Origin: Eledone cirrhosa
Taxonomy: Eukaryota
Reading direction: 5' to 3'
DNA: 64,000 nt
Assembly: GCA_964016885.1 (NCBI GenBank)
Contig: OZ024743.1
Coordinates: 59,024,001 to 59,088,000 of the forward strand
Shown: positions 52,300 through 64,000 of the stretch, piece by piece
Layout: each line of letters opens with the position of its first letter
How positions within the stretch are numbered: the stretch's first letter is position 1
The notes under the pieces: generated by a model
Seen by the model: only the letters and a program-made list of their open reading frames with translations
Databases searched by the model: none
What the model was told of the DNA's origin: nothing
Position numbers and translations under genes: made by a program

Positions 52300-55200
52300 T
52301 TATTTATAAGCAGACAATATAATTGATTTAGGTGTTGCAGAAACCCAATATCGGAGTATTCCATCTTCCCCGAGGGTCCAGGTAACTATGTCAATCATAT
52401 CTTATTTTGTTTGTCCGGTTTATTTTGTTCGCCTTTTCGGCTAAGGTGGTTCATGGCTTCTTAACCATCGTCTCAGTTTAACTTATGTTTATAGTTCTGG
52501 TATCTTCATATCCATGGAGCGCTTGTCTGCACAATAGGGAAGTTGCGTTTCGCTAATTTCTACCCGGCGAAATGCGATTCTCGCTAAATTTATATATATA
52601 TATATATATACCCACGGAATTTAGAAACCTTGGATTGGTGTCAGATGCGTGATTTGACCAGTGGGTGCTGAATTTAGCTAAATCAAGTCTCTAAGATATA
52701 AAACCCATTGAACAATGATAGGTATGCATTCTCAATAGATGAATTAGGAATACCAATAAGTGTAAGGCTCCTGATAACTGTGGATTATGCATTATCGTAT
52801 CACACAGAATCCTATCGAACTAATTATTGTAGAGTGACGTGTTTGTTTTCTTCTAAAGTACTTGAAAAATTCAAGTAAGCTTAAGTTGTAATAAAGAAAT
52901 GTTATGAGTATGAAGTGTGGAAACCACATGAGCATTTGTTTCCTATCAGTTTCTGGCAAGATATTGGCAAGATTTTGGCAAGTGCTCTTCTTATCCACTT
53001 CAATATATCAATCTTAAATTATGTCCCTCCTTAATATTTTTGTGGGTTCTGACAAGGTAGCAAGTGATATGAATTTCACTGCAAGACATTTAAAACAAAT
53101 GACTTCAAAATAAAGTATTAAAGTTTGTCACTTAAACATCTTTAGATATACTCGTTTACTTTAGCTTTGCAATTTCATTGAATTTCATTCATCAGCAAAA
53201 ATGTCAGTTCCTTAGAACAATAGCTAGCCTATTCTTATGATAAGCAACGTTGAAAATGCTAGCGAATACCGGGGTCCCTTTGAACCTCACTGTAGCAGGA
53301 TATTGTTTCTTTCTGTTATACATGATGTCATGGCACCACATGCAATAACGATATTTATCTTTCAGTTAGTATTTACCTCATAGGCGCCAAATATATTACA
53401 AGAAAAATAATATATTTCAACATAATTGCAGAGAAAATGTAACATGTTCAAAGATTCCTAAACACAAAACATACAATCGTAAATCACCAGCTTAATGAAC
53501 ATTCTATGCAAATCAGATAACTTTTTATATTTTACTCCAAATGCGGAAAAATTTAACCAAAAATGTTAAGCCGATTGTCACATTCTGTAATATATAGTGT
53601 TGAATTGTAACAATTAGAAATTCTATTTTACAGTTTAACAGTTGCTAGAACAGCTAACTTGACATTCACACTTGAAAGAAATAAGATTAATTGTAATCAT
53701 TGAATCTTTCGACATTCATGATAACAGTTCCATTAAAGATATTAATGATAATTTGAATGATTTACCAAATGAGTTGTAAAGATAGAATATTACTCATTGT
53801 ATGGCACCAATCTTAAAGTTTCTGCTTTACATAGTCTAACAGCAATGAACTAGATAACATTGTATTGCACAGACACGTTTATTAATATAATTGAATATTT
53901 TTATAAAAATATATTTCTGATCATACTGTTATGGAAAACAATTATCTTTCTCCCAAGAAGAATGTTACAGGTCAAAGCTTAATGTTAGAATGAAGATATG
54001 CTAATTACTACGGCTAAATGTCTTTCTATAATGTGTCCCATAGCATGAAAGGAGCTGCTTCTCTCTTGACTTATAATGGGTCATGTAATCATGATAAACT
54101 CATCATGTATTTGTCAAACCCAAGCAGGTTCCATGGCAAGTTGAATTATGGAAGATCAGCAGTCATCAATGCATACAATTCTCCTTTCTCCATGAGACTG
54201 ATGTTGGCGAAGGGAAAATAAAAGGCCGATGCAGCTTGGTATCCATGTAGTCGCAAGTAATTTTTTTCAGCTGCGTGGACTGGAGTAATGTATAAATAAA
54301 CTGTATTTCTCAGGAACACAACGCACTACTCTGTACAGGAATCCAACTGAGAACATTACGATCATGAGAATAGCAACCCAACCACTAAACCACACGCTTT
54401 CACAAAAATGTTTACAACAGTGCGTCAATGTAAATGACTGCTTACTGCTGTGCGCCAAATCTATATGAATGCAGTTTACTTTGTAACCAGTCTAACAGTT
54501 TGTATCGGATCTCCATCGGCTCCGACGAGGAGAGTTCCATTTGAATCAATGAATGGACACAACGGATCAGCGGTAACCGAACTCACGAACGTACGGTCGT
54601 GAGGCACTAAACCAAACTTGCTATTAGGTACCAAATCTAAATGAATGTTTAGTACAAAGTAGCAACTCTAAACAACTGCTTTGTGCCGTGAAATATATCA
54701 AAACGATTACTTACTACGATGTAACATATCCAAATAATTGCTTGCTCTGGTGCAACAAGTGTAAAATTGACCTATATATCGAGTCAACAAGAAACACTAT
54801 CTTTTAGTCGCTTTACACGTCGGAAATAAATGGCAAAACCTCTTAAATCATGCTTAATTATATCAGATAAATGAGCTGAAAATGTAATCGGGATGAGATG
54901 GTCACGGCTAACAACATTTGAACATAGTTATACATTATCACGGCTGGCATTAGATTAACCCCCACCCACACCGAAGTAAAATGACTGGAAATATTTCAAA
55001 ACTTATTTAACAATCATTACCATATATATTTCCGCGCACACACACATGGTTTTCAGCCCCTATGGGCTACAGGTAGAAACAAAATAATGAGCAGGCGAAA
55101 ATGCTGGTTAGTTTATTTATATAACAGCAAGAAATATTCCAAAGACTCTGCAACACTGTAAAAAAGATACAAACTTAATATACTGTGTCGTAATAATCAA

Positions 55201-55516
55201 AGAGACGAAAAAAGAATAACCCTCGTTAATGCCTAAGGAATAAATTAGTCAGTGGTGATTCAGTGCGCTTAGATTTATATTACTTTTATATACGTCTAAC
55301 TATTAATCGTTAATCGATACCCACCCTAGTGAGACATCAACCTTGTACGTAATCACAGATTCATATCTACACGATTAGATGAAAGAGCTCAGGTCGCATG
55401 AATGCTTCTCGTGAATAGTGCGATGTGTAGTATAGGAGAGAAGTGAGATACCATTAATTCCATAGGAAAGAATCATCGACCCGACCGGCTGATAGAAATA
55501 ACTATAACATTATTTA

Positions 55517-55559
<43 letters not shown>

Positions 55560-55565
<6 letters not shown>

Positions 55566-55618
55566 GTAAGTATGTATGTATACGTACATACATATATGTA
55601 TACAGACGTACAGTAGCA

Positions 55619-55658
<40 letters not shown>

Positions 55659-56239
55659 CATATATACATACAGGTACACATACATATATGCACGCATCAG
55701 TTTAGCGGACGCTTATTATAACGCCGCTTTGTTCGTTTGAAAACAAACTGAACAGCCTGAATTTATGCCATACGGTGTTAAGGCAACCACGTCACCTTTT
55801 TTTTTTTTTACGTCTGTATACATATATGTATGTACGTATACATACATACTTACATTTAAGTAAGTGCCATACTAAAAGTGAGAAATGAAATTTCGTTTTC
55901 ATTTTTTTTTTTTCAACTTATCGTTTTCGGTATGCCTGACCGATTTAACTCGCTCAATATGCAAATTAGGCTGCTCAGCCGTAAATTTTCATAAGGAAAG
56001 TATATACTTTCGAACGTTCAACTATCTGGCGGATGGGTAAACGGTGCTGATGATAGCTAACAAGCTTGAAACTAGTACATCGTTCCTGTGTCAGTGTTGA
56101 ACAAAAAGGTGACGTGGTTGCCTTAACACCGTATGGCATAAATTCAGGCTGTTCAGTTTGTTTACAAACGAACAAAGCGGCGTTATAATAAGCGTCCGCT
56201 AAACTGATGCGTGCATATATGTATGTGTACCTGTATGTA

Positions 56240-56326
<87 letters not shown>

Positions 56327-56450
56327 GCATGCTACTGTACGTCTGTATACATATATGTATGTACGTATACATACATACTTACATTTAAGTAAGTGCCATA
56401 CTAAAAGTGAGAAATGAAATTTCGTTTTCATTTTTTTTTTACAACTTAAA
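55560..56450. repeat. Complex inverted plus direct duplication around a hammerhead
   Basis: 55560-55800 is the reverse complement of 56103-56388; 55810-55920 directly repeats 56338-56448. Confidence 0.85.
56040..56084 (+). ncRNA. Minimal type I hammerhead ribozyme
   Basis: aacggtg-CTGATGA-t-agc(taacaa)gct-t-GAAA-ctag-TA-catcgtt; 7-bp stem I; palindromic actagt. Confidence 0.85.
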
Positions 56451-56508
56451 TATATATATATATATATATATATTTAAAAGAATAGAGGTGTAACACACGA
56501 GTTATGAT

Positions 56509-56790
56509 ATATTGGTAAAAGGAAAAGAAAATGCTGACAAATTGTTCCCAGTGAAAAATAGTTTAATTAGGAATAAGTAAAACTTACTAATAGTATTGGT
56601 TAGTATTCAGTTTTGGTTTTTAGTTTTACCGGTTGCGCATTTCTAATGCTTTTCAAAAGTAATTTTGAGATAGAGCGCCCGACCAAAACTGAATACTAAC
56701 CAATACTATTACTAATTTTTGCTTATTTCTAATTAAACTATTTTTCACTGGGAACAATTTGTCAGCATTTTCTTTTCCTTTTACCAATAT
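56509..56790. repeat. Inverted repeat, ~108-bp arms with ~64-bp spacer
   Basis: attggtaaaaggaaaagaaaatgctgac...ttttggt mirrored by accaaaa...gtcagcattttcttttccttttaccaat. Confidence 0.9.
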
Positions 56791-56793
56791 ATA

Positions 56794-56990
56794 TATAGGA
56801 ACGAGTAGGACCCCGACGGCTGAGCTCAAACCGTTTCGACGGCTAACTCAGGACCAGAATTAGCCGTCGAAACGGCTTGAGCTCACCCGTCGGGTCCTAC
56901 TCGTTCCTATACCCCCACTTTACTACCCTAAGTATTGAGTACTTTAGTGCGTTATGGTCCATCTGGTTCCTTACCACATTTCCTTCGTTA
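56794..56990 (+). repeat. Palindromic half-hammerhead repeat
   Basis: Near-perfect hairpin 56794-56911, then a tail shared with 8620-8700. Confidence 0.8.
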
Positions 56991-56991
56991 T

Positions 56992-57040
<49 letters not shown>

Positions 57041-57439
57041 AGAGAGAGAGTGTATGTGTGCCAACCCAGCACGGTGCATCTTTGGAATGAGCAGTTTTGC
57101 TATTGGTGTGGTATATTTCTATTATTTTGAGAGTACATTCCACAATCAGTATACATTACCTAGTATTTCTATTTCATGTATGTTGAATATATTTCTAAAT
57201 CCTGAGATTTCTGTTATGCTTCCACCCACGTGTTCTTTTTGTTATTCCAAAAACACATGTTATTATAAGGATTGTTGCTGCTTTCATCATCCACATTTGG
57301 AATATGTCCCCATTCGATTGTTATATATGTATATATATATATATAGGAAAAGATTCAGGACACCGACGGCTGAGCTCCAGCCGTTTCAACAGCTAGATCT
57401 GAACTAACCAATATATATATATATATATATAGATATATA

Positions 57440-57646
57440 TAGGAAAAGAGTCACAACCCCGATGGCAGAGCTCAAGCCGTTTAGAAAGATATTTTGGGAC
57501 AGAAATAGCTGTCCAGAAATAGCTGTCGAAACGGCTTGACAATTGCCGTCGGGGATAAACATTTTCGTATTACTCACTCTACTATCCCAAGTATTGGGTA
57601 CTCTGCTGCGCTATTGTCCATCTGGTTCCTTACCACACCTCCTTCG

Positions 57647-57650
<4 letters not shown>
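57440..57650 (+). repeat. Second palindromic half-hammerhead repeat
   Basis: ccccgatggcagagctcaagccgttt...gaaacggcttgacaattgccgtcgggg plus shared tail. Confidence 0.75.
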
Positions 57651-57691
<41 letters not shown>

Positions 57692-57879
57692 TGTAATAAA
57701 CAACATAAGATAATTATTCATTTACCAGTGGTTTCTTGAAAGCAAACACAATTGCGCTTTCAATTATTAGACTGAAAAATCCTGGTGTATTTATTGACAT
57801 TGGATTTTAAATACAAAAATATAATCTATATGAAAGTGAGGCTGGAAAAGGAAGAAACAAAGGAAAAATAAACACACAT

Positions 57880-57936
<57 letters not shown>

Positions 57937-58295
57937 CATACACACACATATATACATACACATATATATATATACATACATATATATATATATATATACA
58001 TACACATATACATACACGTACACATACACATACATATATATATACATACATACACACATATATCCACATATCCATACATACACATACACACAAATACACA
58101 AACACACACACACACGCCCACATATATTTTTATATATATATATATATACACACATAATCATACATATATACACATGTACATAGGCACACATACATTAACA
58201 CATATATACACGCATACATACGCACACACAAATATATATATATGTACACACACCTACATACGCACACACACAATTAATTATAAGAAAAAATATAA

Positions 58296-58476
58296 TAATA
58301 GTTTCTACTTTGGCCACAAGGTCAGCAATAACCTAGTGTATTACTGGTACGTTATTTTATCGATCTCATAAGGATGAAAGGCAAAGTTAACTTGGGCGGG
58401 ATTTGAACTGAGAATGGCAAGGGCCGTAACTCTATGCGTCAAAGCATGGCGTCGGACCCTCTACCGATACTGCCAA
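58296..58476 (-). mobile_element. tRNA-derived SINE copy
   Basis: Full length. Confidence 0.88.
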
Positions 58477-58738
58477 TACACATACCTTCAAAAAATATTA
58501 TAATAAAAATAAAAAAAAATAGACGACCATATAGGCCGTCACATAAGAATAAAAATAAAAGTAAAAATTATTATAAAGTTGACAGCAATACAGGAATCAA
58601 ATAAATGAACAAACACACGTGGTAAGTAATACACACAATTACACATACACATACATACATATAAATAAATACATGCACACTCACTTACATATACATATAC
58701 ATATACACATACATATACATACACATATATATACACAC

Positions 58739-58776
<38 letters not shown>

Positions 58777-58782
58777 TAAATT

Positions 58783-59043
58783 ATGTCTTTAGAATCACTA
58801 GATATAATATATACCATTTCTTCTCCCAATTACCATAATTAACCATATAAAAAATCAATTAGACCAAGCTATAAGAATAAAGGCTCCTATGAAGAAATTT
58901 TCGACAAATAACCGAAAGCAAGCTCTTCGCGGTGGCCACGATAGAGTATTTATCCAACATTTCAACAGCATGTAGAAATCGACCAAATATACCGTCAACT
59001 ATACACAATTAGGTGTAAATTCAAACTTAGAAGAAATGCGTAA
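58783..59043 (+). pseudogene. Second copy of unknown ORF antisense to hammerhead
   Basis: [31 protein letters not shown]...FQQHVEIDQIYRQLYTIRCK, with frameshifts. Confidence 0.65.
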
Positions 59044-59054
59044 ATACCTTAATA

Positions 59055-59130
59055 ATCTCTACCATGGTTTCGTCCGTATTTTAAGACATCCAATAACAGG
59101 AAATGTCCAGAGCTTCGGATTCATCAGGAT
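59055..59130 (-). ncRNA. Type I hammerhead ribozyme with expanded stem II
   Basis: atc-CTGATGA-atccg...(ggacat..atgtct)...cggac-GAAA-ccatgg-TA-gagat; stem I weak. Confidence 0.68.
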
Positions 59131-59182
59131 CGAACTCAAAATTAGACATTTAATGTTCCAAAGTGATCGCGCCATTTATATT

Positions 59183-59248
<66 letters not shown>

Positions 59249-59344
59249 CATATGCACACACACACACACATAAAAATACATACACACACATGTATGTGTG
59301 TAAAACTCATTCTTAGATGTATTCATTGAACTTTGTTTAACTCT

Positions 59345-60395
<1,051 letters not shown>

Positions 60396-60398
<3 letters not shown>

Positions 60399-63300
60399 CG
60401 TTTCTGAATTTGTTTAGCAAGATTCTTTATCTGAAGACGTGTGTTGAAACCGATATTGTTATACTTTGGGAGGGTCATGTTGCCAATAAGAAACACACGC
60501 ACCAGTGCTTTCACTTCAATTTATTATAATAAATTTATAAATTTATGAATTTATAAATTTCTGGTTGGTTGGTTGGTTCCACAACCAGATAGTTGTTTAT
60601 ATATTGTCAAAGATCTTTCGTCACACATTCTGTGACCTCTTCAGTGACTGGGGATTATTTTCTTTGTTTTTGTGCCTCTCCCTTTTTCTGTCCTACGCCA
60701 TTTTGTTTCTGTGTGTGTGTTGTGTGCTCAGCCTGCGCATGCGCCACATTCGGGTGTCTGTGTGTGTTTATATTCGTTTATTTATTTGTTTATTTACATG
60801 TTACCGTTTGGTTGTTTGTTCTATGTGCGTGTGTGTTTTCATTTTATCCTTAATTGTAAGTTGTGATGTTGCTGTTCCACTCATATTTTCTATTTAATTT
60901 TGGTTGTAATTCTTTTATGTTTATTGCCTCTGTGATTTGTCTAAACATTGCGTCTTTTCTGTGTGTAGATTCTATTTTTATTTCTATGTTCTCTAATTTA
61001 CGCTTATGTTCGATTTTAGCATCTTGGTAGAGTACAGATGATTCTTTACTATCTTGAATGTCTCGCCAGTGTTCATTTATCCGTTCCTCTACACTACGAG
61101 CTGTCTCACCTATGTACACTATATTTATGTCTCTACATTGTCCTTCAGTACATCTTATGCTATATACTACATTTCTAGTTTTACACTTAATATGGGGGCT
61201 TATTTTACAGGTTATACATTTCTTATCTATACAGGGGGGTCTTTGAAAAGGGTATGTCTTGCTAATAAGTGTTTTTACCTGGTCTTTCTACTTTCTTAAT
61301 ATTGAGTTTATGTTTATCTAGGGCCCTTCTAAATCTGTAAGCTAAGTCACCTCTAGGGGTTGTATCGATGAACATTACACTCTGGTATTTATTGCTATCA
61401 TACCATGAGTTTATTCTATTAGCCTTATTCCTGGTTCTTTCTATTCAATTCCAAAATTTGCTCCTATTCAAGGGGCAGGTCACATTTGTGTCATTATTTA
61501 CCATTTTTTCCCATTTAGTTCTGGCTCCTCTATACACTCTGATTCTATCTCTCAGATTGTAACCAGAGAACTGCATACGGTGGATGAACTGTTGTATGTG
61601 TCTCTCTAGTTCTTCGGGGTTGCACATGCGGGACACGTTTCTCATCACCCGTACCACATCCGCAATCAGTATGTTGATTTTGGTATGGTCCGAAACAGCT
61701 TAGTTTCGGTGGATCAGATGTTTGGATGTCATGGGTTTGGCATAATGGGAATGGAGGATTTGTTTTTTGTTATTAATGGTATCTAACCAGAGCTCTGTGT
61801 CTAGTACAGGTAATCGATGGTTGGGGTGTTTAAACTTGGGTAGTCTATAGTAACTCTAATACTCTGGTGGATGGAGTTAGCTATTTGCTGGGTGCTTTCC
61901 ATTGTGTTTTTCTCTAGTTCCTGACTGTTCTCTAGTGGGGGTGTCTTAACTACGATGTTTATATCATCAACGTAGCGGGAGTACATTATGAGGTTTAAGG
62001 GGTCTTCTAATTGTTCTTTAAGTTTAAGTTTAAGTCTACTGTCCCACCATACCATGAATAAGTTAGCTATGTCGCCTGCAATGCTAACACCAATGGCTGC
62101 TCCTTCCTCTTGGGCATATGTTTTTCCATTAAATTTGAACATATGTTCCTTAAGGGTTAGTTTTATGCTGGCCCCTACCGCATGTGCAATAACTTTCTTC
62201 AGTTCATCGTGGTTTTCGGGTGTCCGTATGGCTCTGGTCCACCCGTTCCATCTTTCTGTGTGGGTTTCTTGACCATTGAGGTAATGGTAGGTGGTCTGCC
62301 TCTTGCTGGTCTTGTAGGGCACAGGTTGCTAAGGTCATATGTGTCTAGGTAATTATTACTATAGGTAAGTTTAAGTAGGAGTCCCAGCTCACTGGTATCA
62401 ATCCCACGGAACTCAACATTGCTCTCATTTTTTACGCATTTTTCCACAGCAAAATTCACGTCAATAGATGGATATAGGGACACAACATCCATACTACCTA
62501 TTATGCAGTTTGTTAGGTCCCTAGATCGGTTACTCTCGCCGATTCTGCTGAGGAGGTCCTCCGTGCCGTCACATACATCTGGGGACATTTCAATGATGGG
62601 CGTATGAACAGGGAGAGGAAGTAGGACAGTCTGTAGTTACTAGCAATGTTAGGTCCACAGACTGGCCGTGTTGGTGGTCCCGTGACAGGGTCACTGCCCG
62701 TTTTATGGTCTTTTCGAAGCCGATACAACGCCGGCACGTCATTATTCCAGGCCTGGAAGTTGTTGGCAGTCCTTTTGTTGGGCTGCATTATATTCGTCCA
62801 CATCACCATATGGGCATTGAGGGCTTTTTCTCTATCCTCATGCTCCTGTGGTGTTACGTCTCTTGTGTTAGTGATGTGGGGTTGCATTGCCTGGATGTAG
62901 TTTGGCAGGCTGTCAACCGACATTCTGCCAGACTTGCCTGTTGGAAAGCATGCTATCTCTCCATTACGCGAGCGGTGCATGAGCTTACGCAAGCCATTTG
63001 CAGATTTTTCTCCCAGTTGCTGGGCCTCCATTCTATTATGCTTCTTGCTATACTGTTTTATAATATTTCTAAGTTCGGATCTAGCTATACTAAATTGTGC
63101 TTCTGTTTGTTCATCGACCTGCGACGTCAATTGCGTGCGTTTGTGAAATGGTAAATTCGTGGCGTGGACTCGTCGCAGGTCGAACGACTTATCGGAGGGA
63201 TTATAAAAAGTAGAGTTCCAGGCTGCTGATTTATGTGTACTAGTGCTATTGTTATTGTTAGTTGTGTTGTTTCTATTTCTATTTCCACCAACAGCCTCAT

Positions 63301-64000
63301 GGTTGTTTCTATGTCTCTCATTATTACTCCTGTCTCTTTCCACTGGCTCATTGTTATTATCTACTCTATTTTGTGTGTCTGTGTGTTGGTCTTGGTTATT
63401 TTCTTTGTCCATAGTCTCCCTTCTCCTTTTAATCTTATTACTTTCCCTTATTTCTGTGATTTCTGCGCTACTGTCATTACTTGTTTTCTGTGTCTGTGTG
63501 TTTGGTAAGATTGTGTTGGTGGTTAAAGGTATTGAATGTGTGTGTGTTGTTGTTGTTGATGTGTGCTGTTGTTGATGTGTGTTGTTGTTGTTGTCTCCGT
63601 GTGTGTTATATTTGTTGTGTATGTTGTTATTGTTGTTTGTGTCTACGTGTCTGTTGTTGTTGTTTCTGAGTATGTTATTATTGTTGGTGTGTGTGTTGTT
63701 GTTGGGATGTGTGGTGTATGTGTGTGCGTATGTTGTTACTTTTGATTTTGTTTTTGTTTTTGAGGCTCCAACGTAATTTTGTAAATGATTTTTCTATTTC
63801 TGATAGACGACTAATCATATTTACCTTCTTGAATGCCGCATACTTAGGTGGCAGTTGTAATACAGATAATTCATCAGGATCTATTGCCGTGTTGCCGTAC
63901 ATATTTGTGTTGTTGTTGTTGTTGAACTCATCTGTTAATGAGGTGTCGGCCATATTTATACCGTCAATTTTGTCGGGATATCTATTGATATTCTCTACAG
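60396..64000 (-). mobile_element. Penelope-like retroelement, Naiad/Chlamys-type, frameshifted RT and GIY-YIG with 3' pseudo-LTR
   Basis: RKDHK...TRPV, GSMDVVSLYPSID, QEEGAAIG..M.WWD, RYVDD, KPM, MQFSGY; Cys linker C..KKCITC...CKTRNVVY; YIGETAR, RQITEA, LNRKYEW; runs off the right edge. Confidence 0.9.
60606..60648 (-). ncRNA. Minimal type I hammerhead ribozyme in the PLE pseudo-LTR
   Basis: gtca-CTGAAGA-g-gtcaca(gaatg)tgtgac-GAAA-gatc-TT-tgac; sense to the RT ORF; palindromic stem III. Confidence 0.85.

Noticed and set aside
52700-54500. Possible decayed hAT transposase on the minus strand
   Set aside because: Only isolated motif-like fragments, no TIRs found; needs a profile search
54522-54603. 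ccgacga...gagttc/gaactc-acgaa-cgtacgg-tc hammerhead-like string
   Set aside because: GAAA incomplete and no stem I
60850-61660. Selenoprotein-type Naiad (UGA for Cys plus SECIS)
   Set aside because: All linker cysteines read TGT; the one TGA checked (61445) is not at a Cys position; the element has frameshifts; no SECIS recognised

Overview
AT-rich eukaryotic genomic DNA, saturated with (TA)n/(TATG)n/(CA)n/(TTA)n microsatellites and transposons. The dominant tRNA-derived SINE and the repeat landscape suggest a cephalopod such as Octopus (inference). One host gene is visible: the first four coding exons of a secreted astacin-family metalloprotease on the minus strand (signal peptide exon 15965-16048, micro-exons 4725-4758 and 4166-4211, RRKR plus W-x-x-G-V-I-P-Y exon 2002-2087), continuing off the left edge. 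The ORF track misses it. Mobile elements are two near-full-length L1/Tx1-type LINEs in (TTA)n, an R4/Dong-type RLE LINE plus a truncated copy, RTE LINE remnants with a ~600-bp RTE-derived non-autonomous family, an internally deleted mariner, three Helitron-like elements, a Naiad-type Penelope-like element (PLE) and at least five other PLE GIY-YIG remnants. The strongest hidden signal is RNA structure. About 11 type I hammerhead ribozymes with intact or near-intact cores, plus degenerate and half copies, sit in PLE pseudo-LTRs. They include a recurrent U.U stem-II-closing variant, promoter-like motifs upstream, a family converted into palindromes, and a family with a synonymously conserved unknown ORF antisense to the ribozyme. 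All folds and alignments were done by eye, and element boundaries are approximate. Most short ORFs in the track are microsatellite artefacts.
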